From Candidatus Hodarchaeum mangrovi (GTDB lineage Archaea > Asgardarchaeota > Heimdallarchaeia > Hodarchaeales > Hodarchaeaceae), in NCBI GenBank assembly GCA_016839515.1, contig JAEOUE010000287.1, forward strand, positions 1-21,692: a stretch of 21,692 nt of DNA, written 5' to 3'. Numbering within the stretch: position 1 is the stretch's first letter; each line of letters starts with the position of its first letter. The translations under genes and the position numbers were made by a program. A model generated the notes under the pieces. That model worked only from the letters and a program-made list of their open reading frames with translations, ran no database searches and was not told the DNA's origin. Below, piece after piece: positions 8,596-17,564 of the stretch.

Positions 8596-9717
8596 ATGGT
8601 AGCACCCTCAATTGATAATGATTACTTAAATATTATTTCAACTATTGCTAATTCACCAGTTCGAGACAAAGGATATACTCGAACATATTACAGTTATCCA
8701 GCAAAATTTTTGTCCCAATTACCTAAAGAGCTTATTAAAAATTTCACCAAAGAAGGAGGCTTGGTATTTGATCCATTTTGCGGAGGAGGAACGACAGGCT
8801 TAGAATCAATGTTGTTAAATCGCCGTTTTATAGGATATGATATTAATCCTTTTGCAATCCATGTTTCAAAAGTAAAATGTACCTATATCAATCCAAATGA
8901 TCTAATGCATACATTAGTAAATATTGAAAACGACTTTAAACATCATTTTATGATTGAAACTAGTCTTTTTAATTCTGATGAACAATATTGTCTACAATCA
9001 GAAATTATTTATCAAATAGACAAAATATTTACTTTAGTTGCGACTTTAGAAGATGATTTTAAGGATTTTTTTAATTTAGCTTTAATTCATTTGATCAAAA
9101 TTGTTGGGCGAAGAGACTTTAAATTACCACCGAAGAACTCAGATAAGTATATATTCAAATTATTTTACCAAAAGAGTTCTAAAATGATACATGGAATGAA
9201 GGAGTTACCGAAAATTGTTTCCTATCATCCTGAATTCCACTTAAAATCGAATTTTAATACACATCTCTCGAATAGCTCGGTTGATTGCATTATTACTAGT
9301 CCTCCATATAAGGGGAAAGACATAGAATATCAAGAACTACAGATTCAGCGTCGTTCTATCAAACGGAGTAAAAGAACATATGTTATTTCTCGAATTTTAG
9401 GCACTGTACCTTTATCAAAAAAAGATTTAACCTGGAAGGGGGAAAATGGAAATTTATATTGGGAAAATAGTTTGAAATCAATTCAAGAGTGCTACCGTGT
9501 TTTAAAACCAGATAGATTTTCTTTTTTCTGGACATGCTTTAAATCAGTGGCAGAAAAAGGTCAATATCTTGAGCAGCTTAAGGACTCTGGTTTTAACTTA
9601 TTGAAGATCATTCCTGTAAAATTAAGCCATGACCGTGCAGCATCAAGTCGTTCCACTCATCATCTTCGACCAACTAGCATGATGCAACAAGACTTTCTAT
9701 GTATTACCCAAAAGTAA
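8596..9717 (+). CDS. Orphan DNA methyltransferase, N4-cytosine (SPPY) type, alpha-like motif order
   Basis: YSYPAKF, SAM-binding motif I DPFCGGGTT, GYDINP, variable region, then catalytic motif IV VDCIITSPPY and ECYRVLKP. Confidence 0.85.
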   Translation: MVAPSIDNDYLNIISTIANSPVRDKGYTRTYYSYPAKFLSQLPKELIKNFTKEGGLVFDPFCGGGTTGLESMLLNRRFIGYDINPFAIHVSKVKCTYINPNDLMHTLVNIENDFKHHFMIETSLFNSDEQYCLQSEIIYQIDKIFTLVATLEDDFKDFFNLALIHLIKIVGRRDFKLPPKNSDKYIFKLFYQKSSKMIHGMKELPKIVSYHPEFHLKSNFNTHLSNSSVDCIITSPPYKGKDIEYQELQIQRRSIKRSKRTYVISRILGTVPLSKKDLTWKGENGNLYWENSLKSIQECYRVLKPDRFSFFWTCFKSVAEKGQYLEQLKDSGFNLLKIIPVKLSHDRAASSRSTHHLRPTSMMQQDFLCITQK

Positions 9718-9726
9718 GGAAATTTT

Positions 9727-10062
9727 TTACCCATAATATGTAGGTTGTTCCTGTTGTTCCTGTTTTATATTCTGTGGACCAATATTTATATCACCATGTT
9801 GTTGCTCGTATCTCTTGACATGTTCACCCATCCAGAGCATCATTCTTTTGAATACTGCTGGACTCATTTTGATTGTCGCCACAAATCTATGTTCGACCGT
9901 GTCTAGTACTATTTGACCTGGTTGTTGGCCAATTTGGGGGACTAAATGATCCTGAAAAAAACTTACATGCGCTTCATTCGGATTAAGTCCTCCAAAAAAT
10001 CCTGAGATGGCAAAACAGGGTACATCATCATATTTAACTTCTCGGTGAGGTTGTCGGTGCAT
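9727..10062 (-). CDS. DUF3467-like small protein with Q/E-rich tail ending in an HbYX-type motif (YYG)
   Basis: The pattern GFFGG..P.E..VSFFQD...VEHRFVATIKMSPAVFKRM..W...HVKRYEQQHGDI matches DUF3467 as I recall it. AAGGA upstream favours ATG 10062 (111 aa) over 10077. Confidence 0.7.
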   Translation of the reverse strand: MHRQPHREVKYDDVPCFAISGFFGGLNPNEAHVSFFQDHLVPQIGQQPGQIVLDTVEHRFVATIKMSPAVFKRMMLWMGEHVKRYEQQHGDINIGPQNIKQEQQEQPTYYG

Positions 10063-10167
10063 TATTTTTTCCTTCATTTTCTAAGTATCTCAATTAAGTC
10101 TTTGAAGATGTTGTTTTTCCAAATATATAAGTATTGGGTTCATAGATTCTATATATGTGGGTTTCAC

Positions 10168-10422
10168 TTGCAATTTGATTATCACGACTTATCCTTATAT
10201 GATGCGCGTGATAAAATGTGTGATGATATTATCGAAGCATATGAGATTGGGGAGAAGGAAGTTCAACTCATTCATGGCTATCATAAAGGTCTATCTATAA
10301 AAAATTATATTTGGAGCCAAGATGGATTACAAAAAGATCTAAAAATAATCAAACCAGAGATAAGGATACATAAAAGCAAGGGAGAGAATAAAGGAGTGAC
10401 AAGAATTATCTTCATTAAGTAA
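10168..10422 (+). CDS. Stand-alone Smr/MutS2-family domain protein (putative nuclease)
   Basis: FDYHDLS..DA (DxH), VQLIHGYHKG and C-terminal NKGVTRI match the Smr pattern. An in-frame TTG at 10168 gives 84 aa. The track's 10045 start overlaps the divergent gene. Confidence 0.75.
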   Translation: MQFDYHDLSLYDARDKMCDDIIEAYEIGEKEVQLIHGYHKGLSIKNYIWSQDGLQKDLKIIKPEIRIHKSKGENKGVTRIIFIK

Positions 10423-10549
10423 TAGATTCTTATATTCAATCATAGCTAAATTTATCCAAAAACCTTTGAACCATTCCAAAATTCCTTATTAAGTAAGGGA
10501 TTCAATTATTTGATTCAAATTATACCAATATTAAAGCAAGTGGATAGAA

Positions 10550-12988
10550 ATGGAATTTATCATTGGAGTTTTATTAATAGTTATAGCTCTAAGTATAATT
10601 CTTGGCCTTTCTATCTATTCTTTAATCCAAGTTATGTTTTTAGGTCGTAAAAGATTTCTTTTAACTCCAATTCCTGGAGCTAAAAGAGAAAAAGGGGCAG
10701 ATGCAGTATTAAGTGGGGCTGATCTTTCACGAGACATGACCGTAACCCAAGCTACAATGACAGGGGTAGGAGCTATGATTGGGGCTGGTATTTTTGTTTT
10801 AACTGGAATTGCTGCTGGAATTGCAGGGCCTGGTTTACTAGTCGCTTTTGCCTTTAATGGTGTTGTTGCCTCACTGATTGCTTTAGTGTATGCAGAACTT
10901 GGTTCTGCAATACCAGAGGCAGGTGGCGGATATGTTTGGGCTCGTGCAGGTTTAGGTGAGTTAAATGGGTTTTATTCAGGTTGGATGAGTTGGTTTGCTG
11001 CAGCAGTTGCTGGTTCTCTCTATTCATTAGGATTTAGTGCTTATTTCGTTGAGTTTCTTGTAAATTTGGGTTTAAATTTCTCAAAAACTGAAAGTTTTAT
11101 CCTCCAAAAATTAATTGCTGTTATTGCAATATTCATTTTCTTAATTATAAATCAATCTGGGTCTGCTGTAATGGGAAAGGCTGAAACATGGATTTCAGGA
11201 ATTAAGGTCCTAATCCTTGCTTTTTTCATTTTAATTGGATTTACAATTATTTTTTCAAATCCACAAACCTCTATGTCTAATTTTGAAGACTTTTTCCCTA
11301 CAAAAGAAGGATTTTTTTCAATATTTCTTGCAATGGGCTTTACTTTCATAGCTTTTGAAGGGTATGAGGTTGTTTGTCAAACAGGAGAGGAAATATACGA
11401 TCCAAAAGTCAATATTCCAAAATCTGTAATTTTTTCAATTCTAATTGTTGTACCTATTTATATTTTGGTTGGTATTGTTGCTTTAGGCGCATTTACAGTT
11501 GAAGGACAATCTACATGGCAATTCCTTGGAGAGAATCAGGAATTAGGACTATTATATGCAGCAGAGAAAATGCTTCCTGGATTAGGACTTGTTGTAATAT
11601 TATTTGGGGGAATTTTTTCTACCCTATCAGCTCTTAATGCTGCAATATATTCCTCTACTCGGGTTGCTTTTGCTCTAGGCCGTGATGGTTCTTTACCAAA
11701 AATTCTAGGATCTGTTTCCCCCAAGAATCATACACCAAAGGTTTCAATTGGAGTAACTGGATTTATAATAATGTTTATTGCAGTAATTATACCAATAAAT
11801 ATCGTTGCAGCTTCAGCAGATTTAATTTATATGGTTTTATTTTTTCAAGTTGTAATAGCAGCCATTATAATTCGAAATAAAATGCGTAAATCCAAGGTTG
11901 GTAAATTAGATTATGGGTATAAAACTCCACTTTTTCCTTTAGTTCCATTAATGGGGGGGATAATCTTAATAGTCATTTTTAGCTTCACTATTCTTTTACA
12001 TCCCGAAGCATTAGTTACAACCATTCTTTGGCTTCTATTAGGTTCTATAGTCTATATCCTTTATGCACGGGATAGAAAACCCATTGAAGCAATTTCCAAA
12101 CTTGAACGACATGCACTTCCAAGAGCAGATTACATCCCAGAAGAATTTTTTACCACCTACCTCCACAAAATTTTAGTTCCTGTAAGAGGAATTCGAGAAA
12201 TCGAATGGGATGCTATTCGAATAGCGATATTTATTGCTCATGAGTTTGGTAATGAAATCACGATATACCATTATGGTAATCAACCTGAAGAAGTATTTAA
12301 ACCATATTGTGAAGAATTAGACCGCCTAAAAATTCGTCATGAATGTAAAATCGTTCGGCCTCCAACAAAAAAATTATCTGATAACGACCTGATTCAACAT
12401 TTAATTGATATCGCTAGTACAGGGGAATACCAACTAGCTGTGGTACCTACTCGAATAAAAAGACGTTTTTGGCAAAAAAGTACCTCTTTTCATGCCCTTC
12501 GAAAGATGCCAATTCCTGGCTTACAAGTCATAGCAAATAAAAAACCCTCTACTACGAATCTTCTTTTTAGGAAGGTTGGTGTATTAACTCCGGGTTCAAA
12601 AAGAGATCCATTCCTTCTTCAGCTTGGAATAGCAGTGGTATCTTCTATTAGAATGTCAGAGTTAATTGCATACCATTGGACCCGAGTACCTAATTTAATC
12701 ACCCCTAAGGTTATGGCTGAAGCCCCAGGAGTTCAAAAAGATATTGCTACCTTCCTCAGTCATATTGGTGAAGCTCTTCGGATGGGGGTGCCCATTGAGC
12801 AAAGACATGTTTTGGGTCATGATTTTATTCGTTCTGTTGAACAAGTTGTTAATAAGGATCAGCTTGACCTTCTTCTTATGGGATTCGGGAAACCACGTCT
12901 TGGAAGAAAACCTTCTGATCTACTAGCTAAAAAAATCAATTGTACTATTGTAATATTTCATGGGCGGCCATATTTTGTGAAAGATTGA
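10550..12988 (+). CDS. APC-family amino acid permease with C-terminal tandem USP-like cytoplasmic domain
   Basis: GAMIGAGIF (TM1), YAELGSAIPEAGGGY, FIAFEGYE (TM6), SSTRVAFALGRDG, YKTPLFP. About 290 aa soluble tail with KILVPVRG and DLLLMG USP-like strands, plus one extra N-terminal TM. Confidence 0.9.
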   Translation: MEFIIGVLLIVIALSIILGLSIYSLIQVMFLGRKRFLLTPIPGAKREKGADAVLSGADLSRDMTVTQATMTGVGAMIGAGIFVLTGIAAGIAGPGLLVAFAFNGVVASLIALVYAELGSAIPEAGGGYVWARAGLGELNGFYSGWMSWFAAAVAGSLYSLGFSAYFVEFLVNLGLNFSKTESFILQKLIAVIAIFIFLIINQSGSAVMGKAETWISGIKVLILAFFILIGFTIIFSNPQTSMSNFEDFFPTKEGFFSIFLAMGFTFIAFEGYEVVCQTGEEIYDPKVNIPKSVIFSILIVVPIYILVGIVALGAFTVEGQSTWQFLGENQELGLLYAAEKMLPGLGLVVILFGGIFSTLSALNAAIYSSTRVAFALGRDGSLPKILGSVSPKNHTPKVSIGVTGFIIMFIAVIIPINIVAASADLIYMVLFFQVVIAAIIIRNKMRKSKVGKLDYGYKTPLFPLVPLMGGIILIVIFSFTILLHPEALVTTILWLLLGSIVYILYARDRKPIEAISKLERHALPRADYIPEEFFTTYLHKILVPVRGIREIEWDAIRIAIFIAHEFGNEITIYHYGNQPEEVFKPYCEELDRLKIRHECKIVRPPTKKLSDNDLIQHLIDIASTGEYQLAVVPTRIKRRFWQKSTSFHALRKMPIPGLQVIANKKPSTTNLLFRKVGVLTPGSKRDPFLLQLGIAVVSSIRMSELIAYHWTRVPNLITPKVMAEAPGVQKDIATFLSHIGEALRMGVPIEQRHVLGHDFIRSVEQVVNKDQLDLLLMGFGKPRLGRKPSDLLAKKINCTIVIFHGRPYFVKD

Positions 12989-13111
12989 CTTAGTTGTTTT
13001 ATTAATTTAATAGAAAAAGTTATTTGATTGTTAGAATAGCATCTTCTTCAAAAAAGATGAATTTTATTACCTTTACAATTTGTTAATTTATAAAATAAGG
13101 ATGTATAAAGC

Positions 13112-14134
13112 ATGGTTTTAGAAACTCCCATTTCAATATATTTGCAGGATAAACATGACATACCACAATCAATAGAGTTTGCGAAATACGCAGAGAACAA
13201 AGGGTTTGATGCAGTTTGGCAAGCAGAATCCCGATTGGCACGAGTAGCTACTATTCCATTAGCTGCTATGGCTGCAGTCACTAAAAAAATAAAATTAGCA
13301 ACAGGAGTAGTCAATAATCTTACCAGAAATGTTGCTTTAATGGCTGCTACCTTTTCTACAATGGATCAAATGGCACCAGGAAGATTTATGGCTGGAATAG
13401 GTGCTTGGTGGGAACCTCTAGCAACAAAGGTTGGGACACCTCAAACCAAGCCAATTAAATTGATGGAAGAATATGTGACGGTCATGAAAAAATTATTGAA
13501 TATGGAAACCGTCACTTATCAAGGAGAATTTGTTAAAGTTGATGGAATCCGATTAGATATCGTTCATGGTGATCCAGATAAACCTCGTGAAGTTCCAATA
13601 CTCATTGGGGCTACTGGAATGAAAATGATGGAATTAACTGGGGAATTATGTGCAAAAAAATTCTGTGATGGAGTTGTACTGAATTACATGGTAACTCCGC
13701 AATACAACTCTACTGCACTTAAACACCTAGAAATCGGTGCAAAACGTGCAGGTGGTTCACTCGACGATATAGATAGACCTCAATTAATTGTATGTTCAAT
13801 GAATCATGATCGTACTATAGCATTGGATGCTGCTCGGGAATTACTCACTCAATACATGGGACAACAACCACATCTTATGAAGGCTAGTAAAATGCCCCAA
13901 GATATATTAGATAAAATCCATGCTGAACTTACTTGGCCAGCTACTAAAGAACAGATAAGAAAGGCTATGAGGCATATTCCTGATGAGATAGTCCAAAAAA
14001 TTACTGCTAGTGGAACACCGAGGGAATGTTTAGAACAAGTTCAACAGTGGATTGATGCAGGATGTACATGCCCTGTATTATATCAATTAAGTGATGATGT
14101 CCGCCTAATGATTGACACTTTTGCTAAGACATAA
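13112..14134 (+). CDS. LLM-class (luciferase-like) oxidoreductase, Mer-like, probably F420-dependent
   Basis: AENKGFDAVWQAES, AAVTKKIKLATGVVN..TRN, TMDQMAPGRF..GIG, PILIGATGMKMMELTGE, DGVVLN, GTPREC. Confidence 0.85.
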   Translation: MVLETPISIYLQDKHDIPQSIEFAKYAENKGFDAVWQAESRLARVATIPLAAMAAVTKKIKLATGVVNNLTRNVALMAATFSTMDQMAPGRFMAGIGAWWEPLATKVGTPQTKPIKLMEEYVTVMKKLLNMETVTYQGEFVKVDGIRLDIVHGDPDKPREVPILIGATGMKMMELTGELCAKKFCDGVVLNYMVTPQYNSTALKHLEIGAKRAGGSLDDIDRPQLIVCSMNHDRTIALDAARELLTQYMGQQPHLMKASKMPQDILDKIHAELTWPATKEQIRKAMRHIPDEIVQKITASGTPRECLEQVQQWIDAGCTCPVLYQLSDDVRLMIDTFAKT

Positions 14135-14160
14135 AACAGATCCACTTTCTTTTTTCCTTT

Positions 14161-14754
14161 CTATCCACCAGAAACAATTTCGACAAAAAGAACTAGAATC
14201 CCAACTAAAATTCCAGCTAAGACCATTTTAAGTCCATAAAAAATAATATTTCCTCTTGACATCTTTCCCAAGTAACTACCCAAAGTAAAGAGGGTAATAG
14301 AAGTTGTTAGAAATGAAAATAAATATGCTAAATCTATATCAAGATTAAATGCCAACGAGAATACAAAGGGGATAAGACTAATAGCTGCAGCTATGAAGGG
14401 ACTTATTCCATCAACTATTGCGACAAATATAGAAGAAACATAAGCAGCGTCTTTTACAATAGTATCATCAAAAGATTCTAACATAAATTCCTCAAATTTT
14501 GCCATTTCATCTTTTTTAACTGCATGTTCAGTCAAATAAGCTCCGAACGCTCCTGAAATACCCATGGCAATACTTGCTCCGAATCCTGCAACAAGTAAAA
14601 TACGTGAATCAGAAATCCCTACAAACCAGCTTCCAATGATAATACCTAAAACTGTTAAAGCCCCATCAAAAGAGTTCATCACCATATAACGACGAGCTAT
14701 CTCTCCTGATCCTCCTAAGGAAATGAGCTTCTTTAATTTGTCGAAAGAGTTCAT
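14161..14754 (-). CDS. VIT1/CCC1-family (TIGR00267-like) Fe/Mn transporter
   Basis: RRYMVMNSFDGALTVLG, SIAMGISGAFGAYLTE and five TM segments. ATG 14754 is preferred over the track's TTG 14841. Confidence 0.85.
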   Translation of the reverse strand: MNSFDKLKKLISLGGSGEIARRYMVMNSFDGALTVLGIIIGSWFVGISDSRILLVAGFGASIAMGISGAFGAYLTEHAVKKDEMAKFEEFMLESFDDTIVKDAAYVSSIFVAIVDGISPFIAAAISLIPFVFSLAFNLDIDLAYLFSFLTTSITLFTLGSYLGKMSRGNIIFYGLKMVLAGILVGILVLFVEIVSGG

Positions 14755-14917
14755 TGTATATTTATTTCTTCCACATATAATTAATTTTGAATAGAATGAT
14801 GATTTATATAGTAAATCAATATCAAATGACTCATTATTCAATTTAGGCTTTTAAATTAACTATTTGCAAATCGAAACAGTTCTTAGCTAGAAAGGAATTT
14901 TTTTTAGGAAATATTGT

Positions 14918-14953
14918 TAAAAATTGAAAAAAAAAAGGACTCTAGGACAAAAA
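14918..14953 (-). terminator. Archaeal-type oligo-T terminator after the thiolase gene
   Basis: The minus strand after the stop reads TTTTTGTCCTAGAGTCC-T10-CAATTTTT (A10 run at 14927-14936 on +). Confidence 0.5.
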
Positions 14954-16243
14954 TTAGAGTCTTTCTACCACGGTAGCAATACCAACACCTCCACCCCCAC
15001 ATAAAGTTTGAATTCCATATCTCTTCTTCTCATTTACTAAATAATGACACATATCACTGAAGTAATGAACACCAGAAGAACCTATAGCGTGGCCAGTAGC
15101 TATTGCTCCGCCATAAGGGTTTACACGTGGATCATTGTATGCATAATTAAAATGTTTAGCAAATGCCAGACATGGGGAAGCAAATGCTTCATTAGGTTCA
15201 ATACAATCCATATCCTTCATCTTAAGATCCCCAGCACGCTTTAGTGCTCTTTCTTGGGCAGGGATTGGGCCAGTAAGCATAATCATTGGATCATCACCTG
15301 CAACAGCTGTAGCTAATATTGATACCATTGGTTTGAGATCTAATTCCTCTGCTTTTTCTCGTGCCATAAGCATTACTGCTGAAGCACCATCAGTAATCTG
15401 AGAAGAATTTCCTGCAGTTACACGACCATTATCAGGACGAAAGACCGGTCGAAGAGATTGAAATTGGGTCCATGCTGTTTCGGGATCATCAAGAGCTATT
15501 TCTCTTACTGTTTGATCTTTGTTTACTATTTGGGATTCAAAACTACCATCAGGATTTTCTATCTTCACTTCAAAGGGAACCACTCTTTTTTGATAATTGG
15601 TTTCATCTCTCATTGCGATTGTAGCCTTCTGATGACTCCATAGACCAAATTTATCCATGTCTTCACGAGTCAGGTTATATTTATCTGCTACAAGTTCTGC
15701 TGATTCTCCTTGAATAAAACTCATTCTGTTTTGAAGATCAGCCATCCTTGTTTCAGAGATATGGGAGTATATTTGATCAGTAGGGATGAAAGTTCCTATC
15801 TGAAAATCTATGCCCATTGGATAATGAGTCAAATTTTCTATTCCTGCAGCAATCATTATATCGCCATCTCCCACTTTTATTGCGTTGGTACAGGTATTAA
15901 TCGCTTGTAATCCAGCATTACAATAACGATTTACCGTAGCAGCAGCAACAATATCAGGAATATTCTTTGCCATCAATTGTGCAATTCGACCAACATTAGC
16001 TCCTTGATCCCCGATTTGTGTCAACACTCCAACATGTACATCCTCAATTTCAGCTGGATTAAATTCTGCAGATTTTGAATGAACTCTATCAACAAGAATC
16101 TCTAAAACTCCTGCGAGCATGTCTTGCGAGGACATATTCCGATAATATCCCCCGTATTTAGCCATTTGTGCACGGCTAGATTTTCCCATTGGCAATCGAA
16201 TAGCTTCAATTGCAACTACTTCTCGAACCTCACGCTTATTCAT
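14954..16243 (-). CDS. Thiolase (acetyl-CoA C-acyltransferase)
   Basis: Nucleophile TVNRYCNAG, TAGNSSQITDGA, NEAFA, GGAIATGHAIG, LCGGGGVG. SD AGGAG upstream. Confidence 0.94.
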   Translation of the reverse strand: MNKREVREVVAIEAIRLPMGKSSRAQMAKYGGYYRNMSSQDMLAGVLEILVDRVHSKSAEFNPAEIEDVHVGVLTQIGDQGANVGRIAQLMAKNIPDIVAAATVNRYCNAGLQAINTCTNAIKVGDGDIMIAAGIENLTHYPMGIDFQIGTFIPTDQIYSHISETRMADLQNRMSFIQGESAELVADKYNLTREDMDKFGLWSHQKATIAMRDETNYQKRVVPFEVKIENPDGSFESQIVNKDQTVREIALDDPETAWTQFQSLRPVFRPDNGRVTAGNSSQITDGASAVMLMAREKAEELDLKPMVSILATAVAGDDPMIMLTGPIPAQERALKRAGDLKMKDMDCIEPNEAFASPCLAFAKHFNYAYNDPRVNPYGGAIATGHAIGSSGVHYFSDMCHYLVNEKKRYGIQTLCGGGGVGIATVVERL

Positions 16244-16417
16244 TTTAAAAACTCCTTTTTTTTCTTTATTCTAGGATATATCTTCCATTTAGTTCAGTTT
16301 CTTTTATATTTTTGCTCCTAGATACAATATAATCATACCAAACTAAAAATTTGACTTATAATGGTTATATTCTCCGAAATCAAATTATATATATTCCAGA
16401 GTGAATTCTCGAGAACT

Positions 16418-17446
16418 ATGTTTCAAATTGATTATGAAACAGCACTAAAACGAATGAAATCGTTAATAGCGACTGTATTACCAGATTTTTATCTAGATGT
16501 GATCATAAATCCTGAAATGCCATATAACAGGCTAATAAATGAATTTGATTTGGTGTATAAACGAGGTGGAGGTAATCTATTAGGACCAAAAGTTCAATTC
16601 ATTCCTGGAGGAAATGGAGGAAATGTTGCGATTGCATTTGCAGGTTTAGGAGCTAAAACTTTCTTTTTGTCAAGAACTTCTCCTTTAGGAAAAGTGTTAA
16701 TTGATTTTTACATGCTTCCCTTAGGTGTTAGTCCGATTATTAGTCAAACAGGCGAAATTGCTAGTTCAATAATTTTTGAAATCCCATCTGAAGGACAAAA
16801 AAACAATGTAATGCTTTCATCCGCAGGAAGTGTTTCTGATTTTTCATCAATGGTTTTAACACAAGAACAATGGTCTACATTAGCACAAAGTGATGTTATA
16901 GTTATTACTAATGCTCAAAATCTTGTGATAGAGGATTTAATTGAAGGTATCCTTAATAAAATTAAAGAAGAAGCAATAATATCCGTTGATTTCTCCGATT
17001 TGACTCCGCATAAACAAAGAATTAATGCATTTCATTCAAAAATTCTTTCTCATCCTAGAAAAACTCCAAACTTCATCATGGGAAATGAAAATGAATTCCT
17101 TCTTCTATCACGATCAACTTCTAATTCACCTTCTTTCGCAACAAAAACATTATCTCAAGAATATCCATCGATTATTTTCGGGCTCCATCAAGCAAAACAT
17201 GCTGAATTATGGCAGGATGGTGAAAAACTTGCGGATGAACCTTGTTTCAAAATTCAAGTATTATATGCTACAGGAGCAGGAGATTCATGGCACGCAGGCT
17301 TTCTTAGTGCCTATAAAATGGGTTTTGATTATTCTGATGCCACTAAATTTGCAAATGCAGTAGCAGGTTATAAAATTTCAATAGGAAAGGTTGCTACTCT
17401 CAAAGAACTCTATACCTTCACTGATACTCACAACCAATATCTTTAG
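16418..17446 (+). CDS. PfkB/ribokinase-family carbohydrate kinase
   Basis: PGGNGGNVAIAFAGLG, GNENE, anion hole TGAGDSWHAGF, FANAVAG. ATG 16418 lies about 26-33 nt downstream of TTATATAT (16385-16392) and is preferred over 16361. Confidence 0.88.
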   Translation: MFQIDYETALKRMKSLIATVLPDFYLDVIINPEMPYNRLINEFDLVYKRGGGNLLGPKVQFIPGGNGGNVAIAFAGLGAKTFFLSRTSPLGKVLIDFYMLPLGVSPIISQTGEIASSIIFEIPSEGQKNNVMLSSAGSVSDFSSMVLTQEQWSTLAQSDVIVITNAQNLVIEDLIEGILNKIKEEAIISVDFSDLTPHKQRINAFHSKILSHPRKTPNFIMGNENEFLLLSRSTSNSPSFATKTLSQEYPSIIFGLHQAKHAELWQDGEKLADEPCFKIQVLYATGAGDSWHAGFLSAYKMGFDYSDATKFANAVAGYKISIGKVATLKELYTFTDTHNQYL

Positions 17447-17564
17447 ATTGATATGTATCATTCATAGGGGTGAATTTAAAACCTCGATAAAGATGACACG
17501 AAAAATTGAGAATAATAACTTGTTGTTACTAAAATCATAAAATATTTCTTAAATGTGATCAATA

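Noticed and set aside
10045-10167. N-terminal extension of the Smr ORF in the track
   Set aside because: It overlaps the divergent gene and the shared promoter. The Smr pattern begins at TTG 10168.
10482-10520. Short palindromes upstream of the permease (CCTTA-N5-TAAGG, ATTTGA-T-TCAAAT)
   Set aside because: Arms of 5-6 AT-rich bases are expected by chance, and I did not see them recur in other intergenic regions.
13112-14134. Calling the LLM gene mer, and the COG1237 gene a methanopterin-pathway enzyme, as evidence of a C1 pathway
   Set aside because: Both families are broad and often over-annotated. The motifs differ from methanogen Mer, and no other H4MPT genes are nearby.
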